Assembly (NCBI GenBank): GCA_045046875.1
Contig: JASFYY010000146.1
Location: 1-58,569, forward strand
Length of the DNA stretch: 58,569 nt
Direction of reading: 5' to 3'
Source: Verrucomicrobiota bacterium
Lineage (GTDB): Bacteria > Verrucomicrobiota > Verrucomicrobiia > Verrucomicrobiales > DEV007
A program made the position numbers and the translations under genes. Within the stretch, counting starts at the first letter, position 1. Each line of letters begins with the position of its first letter. The notes under the pieces were generated by a model. The model was not told the origin of the DNA, made no database searches, and saw nothing but the letters and a program-made list of their open reading frames with translations. This document shows positions 1-9,663 of the stretch, piece after piece.

Positions 1-156
1 TTGGGGCTTAAGCCCCAAGGAATAAAGAAAAAATTTGAAAGCCATGCGATCCACTGCTAATAACTCAAGTCCCTTGTGTAGTTTCTCTAGGATTCGTATT
101 TGCAAATCGCTTGCTAATCATTACGAATTGGAAATGCCATCAGGGAACCCTGCTGA

Positions 157-510
157 ATGAAATTACTAAAAGCACATAGCTGGATTTTTCTGGTTTTCAT
201 CATTGCGGGGTCCTTCTTGATCGGAAATGAAGCGCCGCAATATCTGCCTCAAGCCGAAATAGAGGAAGAATCGATCGAGTCCAAAGAGCTTGAAATAGAC
301 CACTCTGATTCATCCGGTGGCCAACGCTTGAAATCCGGCGGCGGTGACGGTGGCGATAAGTTCCCACAGTCACTGGTAGATTCCGGCTTGAGGGTTCCGA
401 TTTATTCCGGCCGTGCACAGCACTTGCGCCGCCCTCATGCCCAAGCTCAATCTCTGGCGAAGTTCCCCTATTACATCTTGTATTGTAATTTGAAGCTCCC
501 CTTCTGTTAA
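157..510 (+). CDS. small hypothetical protein, possible leader/regulatory ORF of the sulP-dabAB operon
   Basis: 117 aa ORF with N-terminal hydrophobic segment, acidic/Gly-rich linker and C-terminal PYYILYCNLKL; co-directional with and upstream of sulP. Confidence 0.6.
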   Translation: MKLLKAHSWIFLVFIIAGSFLIGNEAPQYLPQAEIEEESIESKELEIDHSDSSGGQRLKSGGGDGGDKFPQSLVDSGLRVPIYSGRAQHLRRPHAQAQSLAKFPYYILYCNLKLPFC

Positions 511-725
511 ACCCTCACACTGAGGGAAGGGTAGATGCTCGTCTGATTGCCACAAGCCTGACCATAGGCTCACCGGCACTCAAACCATAATCGATTCCCC
601 TCTCCAGGGCACTTCACGCCCTGCGCTTGTTTCCTGCAAGCTTATCCGCGGCATTTCACCATCAAGTGGTGATGCCGCTACTCACCAAATTCACAAATAA
701 CAGAAAAACTTTTTTACAAAATACA

Positions 726-2321
726 ATGAACGCTACAAAAACAACACCCCCTAAAGACTGGTTGGAAGGACTCAAGGAAAATTTCAGCTCTGACTTAAGC
801 TCAGGATTCAGCATCTTTTTACTCGCGCTGCCACTAAGTCTAGGCATCGCCCAAGCCTCTGGCATCCCCCCTCTGATGGGAGTGATCTCAGCGATTATCG
901 GCGGTGTCCTAATCACCTTTTTCACTGGATGCAAATTATCCATCAAAGGCCCGGCAGCAGGACTCATCGTGATCGTCGCAGGAGCGGTGTCGGAATTTGG
1001 CGGTGGGGTTGAAGGATGGAAAATGGCCGCAGGCGCCATGGTGGTGGCTGGAATCCTGCAAATAATATTTGGTGTCACCAAGCTCGGCAAATACGTGGAT
1101 TTCTTTCCACTGTCCGCCATTCACGGCATGTTGGCTGCGATCGGCCTGATCATTATCGCCAAGCAAATCCCCGTTTTGTTAAATGACAACCCCAGTTTGA
1201 GTAAAGGTGAAGGACCCTTTGAACTGTTCTACGACATTCCGAAATTCATCTCGAATCTTGACCCGCGAGCCACTCTTGTCGGCTTGGTCAGTCTCGCCAT
1301 CATGCTGGGATGGCCTCGCATCAAACACCGGATCCTCTCCAAATTCCCCGCCCCGCTCATCGTTCTCCTGTTTGCGATCCCTGCAGGCATCTTTATGAAT
1401 TTTGCCACCACTGAACCGGTTTACACTCTGGTCAAGGTGGGCAGCCTGATAGACAGTCTTGCCATCAATGCGAGTTTTGAAGGCGTCAGCCATACTGGTG
1501 TATTCATAAAATACGTAGTCATGCTGTCTTTGGTGGGCACCTTGGAAAGCCTATTGACGGTCAAAGCGATCGATCTGCTCGACCCTTACAAAAGAAAGTC
1601 CTCCCCCAATCAGGATTTGATTGCGATCGGGATTGGCAACACTCTTTCAGCCTTCCTCGGCGGTTACCCCATGATCTCTGAAGTAGCCAGAAGTTCGGCC
1701 AACATCAAAAACGGGGCAAAAACCCGCTGGGCCAACTTTTTCCACGGTGTATTCCTATTGGTCTTCGTATTAGTGGCCTACCCCGTTCTTGAGATGATCC
1801 CCAATGCAGCTTTGGCCGCCATGCTTATTTCCGTCGGCATCAATCTGGCCCATCCAAAAGAGTTCCTGCACATGTCGAAAATCGGCAAAGACCAACTGGC
1901 TATATTTTCAACCACGATCATCGTCACTCTCGCAGAAGACCTGTTGTTAGGGATTGCCGCCGGCATCCTGTTGAAACTGGTGATCCATACCGTGCGAGGT
2001 GTTCGTGCCCGGCATCTATTCAAAGCCTCGGTAACCGTGGAAAACAGTGATGCTGAAAACTACACCATCACCATCAACAACGCGGCTCTCTTCTCCAACT
2101 ATTTGGGAGTTAAAAAACACATCGACAGTATTCCTGGTAAAAAACATATCGACATTGAGCTCTCAGACAGTGTGAAATTAGTCGATCACTCCTTCTTGGA
2201 CAATCTTCATCACTTCAAACACGATTATGAAGAAGAGGGTGGAACGGTGAATATTCTAGGTCTCGATAAACTGACCCCGCTATCAGGGCATGACCTGGCA
2301 GCCCATAAAAGAACATGCTAA
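726..2321 (+). CDS. SulP/SLC26 family inorganic anion (probably bicarbonate) transporter
   Basis: ALPLSLGIA, KGPAAGL, ESLLT and SEVARS motifs, many TM segments, short STAS-like C-terminus; ATG at 726 preferred over the track's TTG at 627. Confidence 0.93.
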   Translation: MNATKTTPPKDWLEGLKENFSSDLSSGFSIFLLALPLSLGIAQASGIPPLMGVISAIIGGVLITFFTGCKLSIKGPAAGLIVIVAGAVSEFGGGVEGWKMAAGAMVVAGILQIIFGVTKLGKYVDFFPLSAIHGMLAAIGLIIIAKQIPVLLNDNPSLSKGEGPFELFYDIPKFISNLDPRATLVGLVSLAIMLGWPRIKHRILSKFPAPLIVLLFAIPAGIFMNFATTEPVYTLVKVGSLIDSLAINASFEGVSHTGVFIKYVVMLSLVGTLESLLTVKAIDLLDPYKRKSSPNQDLIAIGIGNTLSAFLGGYPMISEVARSSANIKNGAKTRWANFFHGVFLLVFVLVAYPVLEMIPNAALAAMLISVGINLAHPKEFLHMSKIGKDQLAIFSTTIIVTLAEDLLLGIAAGILLKLVIHTVRGVRARHLFKASVTVENSDAENYTITINNAALFSNYLGVKKHIDSIPGKKHIDIELSDSVKLVDHSFLDNLHHFKHDYEEEGGTVNILGLDKLTPLSGHDLAAHKRTC

Positions 2322-4864
2322 ATCCTACAGAAATGAAAAAAAGCCTGTTTAATGAAAGCGAAGTGCTTCACCAGTTGAAGCACTATCTGCCGGCACAATC
2401 TACTTTGAAGGATTTTGTGCACCACAACTCATTGCATTCGTTTCAGGACAAGGAGTTCTTCGATGGCATATTCAGTGCCTCGAAGATATTTGGCTTCCAC
2501 GTCACCTTCAATATCAATAATTATCGCAAACTGCACAAGCAAGGCAGGATCCGGAAAGAAATCATTGAACAAGTTATCGAACGTAGTAAAGGCCCCGACA
2601 AGGTCGAAGAGTATCTGGATAAGATGCTGAACGCGGATCTCAAACACCACTATAACCCACGAGTTGGCAAACTGAGGAAAGAATGGAAAAAACAATACAA
2701 AATCGGCCTCGACAATCTGGTTCAACCACTGCTGTTCAGAATCCTGGGAAGTTTTCTAGACCAGGGAATCGCGCTGTGGCACTTCCCCTTTGAAACCGAA
2801 GGCCTCATCGAGGCCATTCGCATCTTGGAAAAAAACAGCTTTACCAGTTTTTTTAAATCGAAAAGAACCAAGCAACTGCTCTTCGAAAACGATCTATCCA
2901 TAGAAAAACTGCTAGCTATCGTAGTAGGCAATCCTGACTACTACAAAAACTACCTCTTTGACCAACAATTCTCACACAAAGGCTGGAGTGGAATTGTGGC
3001 TGTCATTGAAGAAAACCCCGACAGCATCTTTTACAAAAAGAATGTCAAATTTCAGGATCTGATTCTGCTCGAACTGTTGTTGGAAATCGACGCCCTAGAT
3101 AAAACCTTGGGAAACAAATGGAATCCCCTGGCTCTGGATTTCACCGAAGTTCCCATGGATTACCTGTCTCCGGTAGAACATGGCGAACTGGAACAAATAC
3201 TGCAACTCTGGCAGGAGGCGTTTGAATGGGATTATTACGATGATGTTCTGTCGGGAGTGGTCTATTCGGCAAAAAACGGCAGCGCTTCAAATCAAAGCCC
3301 TGCAAGTTTTCAAGCGGTCTTTTGTGTGGATGACCGGGAGTGCTCCTACCGCAGACATCTGGAGAGTGCTGACCCGCAATGCATCACCTATGGAGCGCCT
3401 GGATTTTTCGGTGCTGCTATTTACTACCAGCCTTTCGGTGGAAAATTCTACGACAAAAATTGCCCGGTAGCCCTCGAACCCACTCATCTGATCAAGGAGG
3501 TGGAATCCAATCATGTCAGGAAACATGAGATTTTTCACAACAACAAAACCCATTCTTTTTTCCACGGAGTAGCCTCTGTTTTCTCCATTGGTTTGTTGGC
3601 AGGCTTCAAAATGACCTTGGACTTGGCCAGCCCGAAAATGCAGGCCGACATATCCGATGCTTTTGCACACATGGACGTGAATGGAAAGTTGTTAATCGAA
3701 AACCAGAACCCGGACGAAATCGAGAATGGAGTTCAAGTCGGTTATCAAGTCCACGAAATGGCCGACGTGGTCGAACCTATTTTAAAGGGAATCGGATTGA
3801 TCCAGGATTTCGCGCCCATTGTTTACATTGTCGCCCACGGTAGCAGCAGTGCGAACAACCCCCACCATGGAGCCCATGATTGCGGAGCTTGCAGCGGGAG
3901 GCCTGGCGCGGTCAATGCTCGTGTTTATGCCTTCATGGCCAATCATGAAAAAGTTCGGAAAATTTTGGCGAAAAGAGGTTTGGCCATTCCACAAACCACC
4001 CGCTTCATTGCCGCCATGCATGACACCGCCAGTGATGAAGTGGCGTTTTATGACGAAGACCTGCTCTCAGTCAGTCATGAAAAAGCACATACTCTCAACA
4101 AGGCTGTATTTGAAACGGCGCTTGATCACAATGCAAAGGAACGAGGTCGGCGCTTTTCTTCCATCAACATCAACAAAGATCTAAAAAATATTCGCAAGCA
4201 GGTCAAACAGCGATCCGTCTCCTATTTTGAACCGCGCCCGGAATTAGGGCACGGCACCAATGCCCTGTGCCACATTGGTTCGAGAGATAAAATCAAAGGA
4301 CTGTTTCTGGATCGCCGCGCATTTTTACAATCTTATGATTGCAGCACTGATCCCGAAGGGGAAGTATTAGCCCAGGTTCTTGGGCCACTGCCCGGGGTTT
4401 GTGGAGGCATCAACCTGGAGTATTACTTTTCAAGAATGGACATTGAAAAAATGGGAGCAGGAACAAAACTGCCTCACAATGTAACTGGCCTCATTGGCGT
4501 GACCAATAGCAGTGATGGCGACATTCGGACAGGCCTGCCATTGCAAATGATCGAGAATCATGACCCGGTTCGCTTGCTGATGATGATAGAACACCGGCCT
4601 GAAGTCGTTCTCAGGATTATCAAATCCTCCGCCGCCATTTATGACTGGTTTGATAAAGGATGGATTCATCTGATCGCCATTTCTCCTGAAGACGGCAATC
4701 TGTATTTATTCCGCAATGGCAACTTCGAAAAATACACTCCTCTGAAAGAAGTCTTACTCACCGATGACATCAACCGGGTGATCAAAGAAAGGCCGGAGAT
4801 GAAAACCAACCACATCCTCGATGCCACCGAGGAAAACATCCCAACCTACGTTTATTCAAAATAG
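2315..4864 (+). CDS. dabA: DabA/YbcC (DUF2309) inorganic carbon transporter subunit, beta-CA-like
   Basis: LKDFVHHN N-terminus; putative Zn ligands in FCVDDRE, AHGSS and DCGAC; EPRPELGH and GINLEYYFS motifs; overlaps the sulP stop. Confidence 0.93.
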   Translation: MLNPTEMKKSLFNESEVLHQLKHYLPAQSTLKDFVHHNSLHSFQDKEFFDGIFSASKIFGFHVTFNINNYRKLHKQGRIRKEIIEQVIERSKGPDKVEEYLDKMLNADLKHHYNPRVGKLRKEWKKQYKIGLDNLVQPLLFRILGSFLDQGIALWHFPFETEGLIEAIRILEKNSFTSFFKSKRTKQLLFENDLSIEKLLAIVVGNPDYYKNYLFDQQFSHKGWSGIVAVIEENPDSIFYKKNVKFQDLILLELLLEIDALDKTLGNKWNPLALDFTEVPMDYLSPVEHGELEQILQLWQEAFEWDYYDDVLSGVVYSAKNGSASNQSPASFQAVFCVDDRECSYRRHLESADPQCITYGAPGFFGAAIYYQPFGGKFYDKNCPVALEPTHLIKEVESNHVRKHEIFHNNKTHSFFHGVASVFSIGLLAGFKMTLDLASPKMQADISDAFAHMDVNGKLLIENQNPDEIENGVQVGYQVHEMADVVEPILKGIGLIQDFAPIVYIVAHGSSSANNPHHGAHDCGACSGRPGAVNARVYAFMANHEKVRKILAKRGLAIPQTTRFIAAMHDTASDEVAFYDEDLLSVSHEKAHTLNKAVFETALDHNAKERGRRFSSININKDLKNIRKQVKQRSVSYFEPRPELGHGTNALCHIGSRDKIKGLFLDRRAFLQSYDCSTDPEGEVLAQVLGPLPGVCGGINLEYYFSRMDIEKMGAGTKLPHNVTGLIGVTNSSDGDIRTGLPLQMIENHDPVRLLMMIEHRPEVVLRIIKSSAAIYDWFDKGWIHLIAISPEDGNLYLFRNGNFEKYTPLKEVLLTDDINRVIKERPEMKTNHILDATEENIPTYVYSK

Positions 4865-4870
4865 CATACC

Positions 4871-6745
4871 ATGAACATAAGTTATTTATTATATGCATTG
4901 CTGCTCGTTCCCTTTTTGTCATTGGTCATCAGTTATCTGTTTCCCAATGACAATGAAAAAGCCATCTTCACCACATCTATAACAGGTGTAGCGATTGATT
5001 ACGTGATTCTGGTTGTCGTGGCCATCATCTGGGTTTGGAATGGCTTCCAGCCCATTTTTGTGGAAGGCCCGGTTTTGTACCACACTGGAAAGGCTGACTT
5101 TTCGATCAGCTTTTTGATCGATGGCTACAGTCTGGTCTATTTATTAACCGCAACTTTCTTAACCGGCATCATTGTCATGTTCAGCAAGAATTACATGCAT
5201 CGGGAAAAAGGTTTTAAGCGGTTTTTTAATAACATCAAATTTTTCTACTTCGGTCTGTTGCTGGTATTGATGGCGGGTAATCTGGAGACCATTTTCCTGG
5301 GGTGGGAAATCCTCGGTGTTACTTCTTTTTTCCTGATCGGATTTTACCGCGACCGCTATCTGCCGGTAAAAAATGCCCTGAAGGTGGTCTCCCTCTATCG
5401 AGTAGCTGATGTGTCGATCCTTTTAGGGATCTGGTTGAGCCATCATTATTTTGGCTACAGTATCAATTTCCGGGATCTTCACGGACTGGAAAGCTCCCAT
5501 CATCATATAAATAATGAATCGTTCTATCAATATTTGATCCCCGGACTGTTCTTACTGGCCGCCATGGTCAAATCCGCCCAGTTCCCTTTTTCATCATGGT
5601 TGCCTCGCGCCATGGAGGGCCCCACAACTTCCAGTTCTATTTTTTATGGATCCCTCTCGGCGCATATCGGGGTTTTCCTTTTGATCCGGATATCGCCCTT
5701 ATGGGTAGGCAACTACTGGTTCCATTTTATCATCGGAGGCATTGGTCTGATAACCGTGGTCTTGTCAGGGTTCACCGCCAAAGTTCAATCCACTATTAAA
5801 ACACAGATTGCCTATGCCTCGTTGGTTCAAATAGGCCTCATGTTCATCGAAGTATCATTCGGTTTGTACTGGCTGGCCATGATCCACCTGGTGGGCAATG
5901 CCATGCTGCGCACCCACCAACTGCTTATTTCCCCATCCATCTTGAGTTACAAGATCCATAACCAGTTTTTTAATTTTTCCCCGCCTGCTGCCCAGCTCAA
6001 AGATTCGTTCTGGGATCGCTTGAAATTGTCAGTGTATATTCTCAGTATCAAAGAGTTTAATCTCGATACTTTCATGTATAATTTCTTGTGGAATCCACTG
6101 AAAAAACTGGGCAACTTGATCAATTTCATTTCCCCTAAAATTGTTTTTGCGATTTATTTCCCCCTCTTTTTTTTAGGACTTGCCGGAGTTTACAATAAAG
6201 AAATGGTTCCCGTTCAAATAATAAAATACATTCCGGAAATCTTTGCGGTATTGAGCTTCTCATTAATCCTCAAAGTCTTCGTAAAACGTAAATCAGTTTT
6301 AAACGCATGGTTACTTATAATTCTAAGCCAATTATTCCTCTCGCTGTCATTTGGCTTCAACGAAGAGTTCGACTTCTCCCAGGTTCATATTTTCCTGAGC
6401 GGCATTTTCGTTTCAGGCATCGTTGGTCTGCTTGTCATTTACAGACTCAAATCAAAAGGGAAAAATATAAGCCTCGATCAATTCCATGGCCACTGCTATG
6501 AATTCCCCAGGCTCGCGTTTGTTTTTGTGTTAGCCTGCCTAGGCATATCAGGATTCCCCATCACCCCCACCTTCATTGGTGAAGACTTGATGTTGGGTCA
6601 CATTTACGAAAACCAATTCCCGCTGGTGATCATGTTGATCCTCTGCCTGGTCTTGGATGGTTTGGTCGTTTACCGGATCTATTCACGCCTGTTTTTAGGA
6701 CAGCACAAAAGCGACTACCACGACTTTGCCTTCCGCTCCTCGTAG
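4871..6745 (+). CDS. dabB: DabB, NuoL/MrpA-like proton-conducting membrane subunit of the DIC transporter
   Basis: GWEILG, KSAQFPFSSWLPRAMEGPT and KTQIAYAS motifs; 6 bp after dabA; no other nuo/mrp genes nearby. Confidence 0.9.
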   Translation: MNISYLLYALLLVPFLSLVISYLFPNDNEKAIFTTSITGVAIDYVILVVVAIIWVWNGFQPIFVEGPVLYHTGKADFSISFLIDGYSLVYLLTATFLTGIIVMFSKNYMHREKGFKRFFNNIKFFYFGLLLVLMAGNLETIFLGWEILGVTSFFLIGFYRDRYLPVKNALKVVSLYRVADVSILLGIWLSHHYFGYSINFRDLHGLESSHHHINNESFYQYLIPGLFLLAAMVKSAQFPFSSWLPRAMEGPTTSSSIFYGSLSAHIGVFLLIRISPLWVGNYWFHFIIGGIGLITVVLSGFTAKVQSTIKTQIAYASLVQIGLMFIEVSFGLYWLAMIHLVGNAMLRTHQLLISPSILSYKIHNQFFNFSPPAAQLKDSFWDRLKLSVYILSIKEFNLDTFMYNFLWNPLKKLGNLINFISPKIVFAIYFPLFFLGLAGVYNKEMVPVQIIKYIPEIFAVLSFSLILKVFVKRKSVLNAWLLIILSQLFLSLSFGFNEEFDFSQVHIFLSGIFVSGIVGLLVIYRLKSKGKNISLDQFHGHCYEFPRLAFVFVLACLGISGFPITPTFIGEDLMLGHIYENQFPLVIMLILCLVLDGLVVYRIYSRLFLGQHKSDYHDFAFRSS

Positions 6746-6765
6746 GAAAGCCACGCATCCCTTAA

Positions 6766-7560
6766 CTAATCACCAACCCCATGCACCTCTCTCCCATCGA
6801 TATCCTGAACGGGCCGATTGTTGTGTTTGAGAATTTCCGCGAGTTTGTCTAGCAGTTTCCCATCTGCCTCAAGCTCTTGTTTGAGAATGAACCACTTCAC
6901 CCCCTCGGTACAGGGCGGGGTGGTGAAGGATCCTGAATAAGTATAATAATCCGGCTGGGCAGGCACCAAATCTCTCAAATGAATGCCTTGTTTCATCACC
7001 GTTTTATCCCCCTCTTTCTCCGGTAATTTTGCGTGCGCCACATACTTCAAAGCTTGTGACGACTCGCCGGCTTTATAGAAAATAGCGAGAACGGCAACTT
7101 CTCCATCTTCCGCTTTATGCACCATGTGCAGCTCAACCGGGAAATATTTTCCGTCTACAGTGTGTTCACTAGGTGAATGAAGATGAAACTGCTCCAACTT
7201 GTAATGCTTGCCTGCAACTTCAATCTCACTGCCATCCTCCTCCTGCTGATGTTGCAAAGTATGGCCATTATTAATGAAGTCCGGCCGCTCTTCGCTGTGG
7301 TAGCGAAAAATGAGCTCCGGCAGTTTGTCTTCCACCACCTTACGGGTATCGATATTCACAGGAGATTGCTTTTTCCCAGCATCCGCCAAACTATAACTGG
7401 CACTCAACTTGCCCCAGTATTCAGGCCCCGTAGCCCCTTCGTAACTCCAGTGAGCATCGGGGTGGTGAACTGTTTTTTTAAAATAATAATGCTCGGATTT
7501 AACCTTTTCGGCCGGACCACAAGATACAACTAACAAAACGACAGCTATTAAAAAACGCAT
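6766..7560 (-). CDS. alpha-class carbonic anhydrase, probable lipoprotein
   Basis: HWSYEG, QSPVNI, QFHLHSPSEH, ELHMVH, GSFTTPPCTEGV and NNRPVQ motifs; signal peptide ending VVSC. Confidence 0.95.
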   Translation of the reverse strand: MRFLIAVVLLVVSCGPAEKVKSEHYYFKKTVHHPDAHWSYEGATGPEYWGKLSASYSLADAGKKQSPVNIDTRKVVEDKLPELIFRYHSEERPDFINNGHTLQHQQEEDGSEIEVAGKHYKLEQFHLHSPSEHTVDGKYFPVELHMVHKAEDGEVAVLAIFYKAGESSQALKYVAHAKLPEKEGDKTVMKQGIHLRDLVPAQPDYYTYSGSFTTPPCTEGVKWFILKQELEADGKLLDKLAEILKHNNRPVQDIDGREVHGVGD

Positions 7561-7575
7561 TAGAACCGGATTGGG

Positions 7576-8274
7576 TTAAAATTTATGGTGAATACTAAAC
7601 TGCAACTGCCCCTTGTTCCAATCACTGGTGGTTTGCTGCATGTAGGCTAACTGCACTCTAAAGTTTTTCTTAACGGCATAACCTAAACCTCCATATACGC
7701 GGTTGCGGTCAAAAAGATCCACACTTTTCCCATTGCCAATGTTTTTCTGCATATTGAGGAACAACTCATTGTAAAAAGCCAGATAAACAGCTCCCTCATC
7801 AATCTCCTTCATGTTCAACGGGATGTTCAAAAATATATTATATCTAAGGCGTGTTCTGAAATCCTGATTCTCCACAAATCGTTGCTCAAAACGAAAACGA
7901 TGATTAAAATGAAAGCGGCTGCCTAGTTTTTGTGGGGAAAGCAACTCTTGATAAATCCGCCACTCCTCACTGTTCGAATCACTTTCGCCGAAATCACCAC
8001 TTAACACATAAGCCGACCCTAAAGTGAACTTCAGATTTGTGTCGACCGGCCGATAGGTGATCCCCCCACGCAACAAACGCTGTTCGAGATCCTGGGAAAC
8101 GCCCCAACTGCGATGCTGAAAGTCCCCTTGAAATCCCCATTGGGAATCTTTGATCGGAGCATCCCAGAAATACATATACCACGAGCCGAGTTGACCACCA
8201 TCGACTTGCCCCTGCCCTTTTTGTGCGGTCGAGCAAACTAGCAAGACCACAAGAAGAATGAAATGTTTTGCCAT
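7576..8274 (-). CDS. DUF2490-like outer membrane beta-barrel protein
   Basis: Signal peptide; HRFRFEQRF, RTRLRY and FDRNRVYGGLGY motifs; C-terminal Phe. Confidence 0.8.
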   Translation of the reverse strand: MAKHFILLVVLLVCSTAQKGQGQVDGGQLGSWYMYFWDAPIKDSQWGFQGDFQHRSWGVSQDLEQRLLRGGITYRPVDTNLKFTLGSAYVLSGDFGESDSNSEEWRIYQELLSPQKLGSRFHFNHRFRFEQRFVENQDFRTRLRYNIFLNIPLNMKEIDEGAVYLAFYNELFLNMQKNIGNGKSVDLFDRNRVYGGLGYAVKKNFRVQLAYMQQTTSDWNKGQLQFSIHHKF

Positions 8275-8325
8275 GGCTATCTTTCAGCCACCTCTAATCG
8301 CTAGTCTAGCAAAAAAATTAATTTC

Positions 8326-9582
8326 CTACCACCAGGTTCTAACTCCGGCAAAATGAGTCCACCCGGAAAAACCATCCGTGCCTCCACTCATGTTGGAATA
8401 CTCCGATCCAATCATCACTTTCAAGCGTTCGCCATTAAGCCGGTAATCCAGTCCCGTGTAAAACGCATTGTAGATTCGCCCCTCTTTTCCTCCGCCGTCC
8501 GTTATCGCCTCAGTTTCATATCGCTTTTGCAGAGCTATTCCCGTGTCCGAATTCGATGCGGCTAATTGATAACGAAATACTCCCCGGAGTTTAGGAGTGA
8601 GCTCAACCCACGGCATGAATACGATCCCAAAAGCGCTCTGCCCCTCTCTTTCAGCCGCTCCCACGGTATAGAGCATATCTGTGATCAAGCCATAACCGTC
8701 CCATTTGCTTTTTGAATTCAGCGACACCACATGCTCATAAGGACGCATCTCCCGAGATCCAATTTTTGGATCCGACCACCAGTAGTCCAGGTAGGCCTGG
8801 GTGTTCTCATTCACTTTATAACCCAACTTCAACAGGGCCGCGACACTGCCACTGTTTTCAAACTCCCGAAACTTCCCATCGAGTAAATCTGAAAAAATAC
8901 CGGTCTGAATAGTCACTTTGTCTGTAATATTATAAAACACTGACGCGCCCATAATCTTGTCTACAGTCGACTGCAGAACCAAACGTGAACGGTTAAAAGG
9001 CAATACGAATCTCGAAGAGGTAAATCGTTCCCGGGAGGTATTGGACTTCTGGCGCCCTACCCGGAATTTTAAATCCTTGTTTGGCTTCCAGTCGATATAG
9101 AAGTTGTCCCACCCCTTGAGATACTCTCCGTGAAGATCATCCGCCCCTCGAATATTCGCCTCTAGCACAAAAGTAAATTGACTAAGAAAGGCAATCTTGA
9201 ATCCAGGTCGAATACGTCTTTCCTCCCAACCGGTGGCACTGCCACGATCCGAGTCGACGTAATAGCCTTGACCATGAAAACGACCTATAAAAGTAACCTT
9301 CTGCAGAAGAGGGCTCTCCTCATTGTCATACCAAACGGTGTGATCCCACAGGTTCAGATAAGACCAGGATTGATCCGAAATCGCGGCATCCCCAGTCATC
9401 GCCTCAACCGTATTGGCAGTTTCCGAGCCCGCAAAAACCACATTCCCCAGCAACAAAAGCCAACACAGAGAAGCCCGCACAATGCATCCACCTTGTCTGG
9501 TTTTTATCGTTCTTACGCTCTTTTCACTCATCTTCTCACCACTATTCGATTTGTTCATGTCAAGGCAACCAGCCTCTATCAT
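8326..9582 (-). CDS. OprO/OprP-like anion-selective porin (copy 1)
   Basis: GRFHGQ, ERRIRPG and ERFTSS-RS motifs, amphipathic strands, C-terminal Trp; true start may lie downstream (about 9531). Confidence 0.75.
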   Translation of the reverse strand: MIEAGCLDMNKSNSGEKMSEKSVRTIKTRQGGCIVRASLCWLLLLGNVVFAGSETANTVEAMTGDAAISDQSWSYLNLWDHTVWYDNEESPLLQKVTFIGRFHGQGYYVDSDRGSATGWEERRIRPGFKIAFLSQFTFVLEANIRGADDLHGEYLKGWDNFYIDWKPNKDLKFRVGRQKSNTSRERFTSSRFVLPFNRSRLVLQSTVDKIMGASVFYNITDKVTIQTGIFSDLLDGKFREFENSGSVAALLKLGYKVNENTQAYLDYWWSDPKIGSREMRPYEHVVSLNSKSKWDGYGLITDMLYTVGAAEREGQSAFGIVFMPWVELTPKLRGVFRYQLAASNSDTGIALQKRYETEAITDGGGKEGRIYNAFYTGLDYRLNGERLKVMIGSEYSNMSGGTDGFSGWTHFAGVRTWW

Positions 9583-9663
9583 AAATCATCACAAATAACC
9601 AATTCTTATTTGTGATAACTACTTCGCAAACACACAGCAGATCTGCTCCCCCCTCGCTTGATC

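Noticed and set aside
1..18. Perfect palindrome TTGGGGCTTAAGCCCCAA
   Set aside because: At the window edge with no context; a terminator, operator or repeat cannot be distinguished
4871..6745. NADH dehydrogenase subunit L (nuoL) or mrpA
   Set aside because: No other nuo or mrp genes nearby; adjacency to DUF2309 identifies it as DabB
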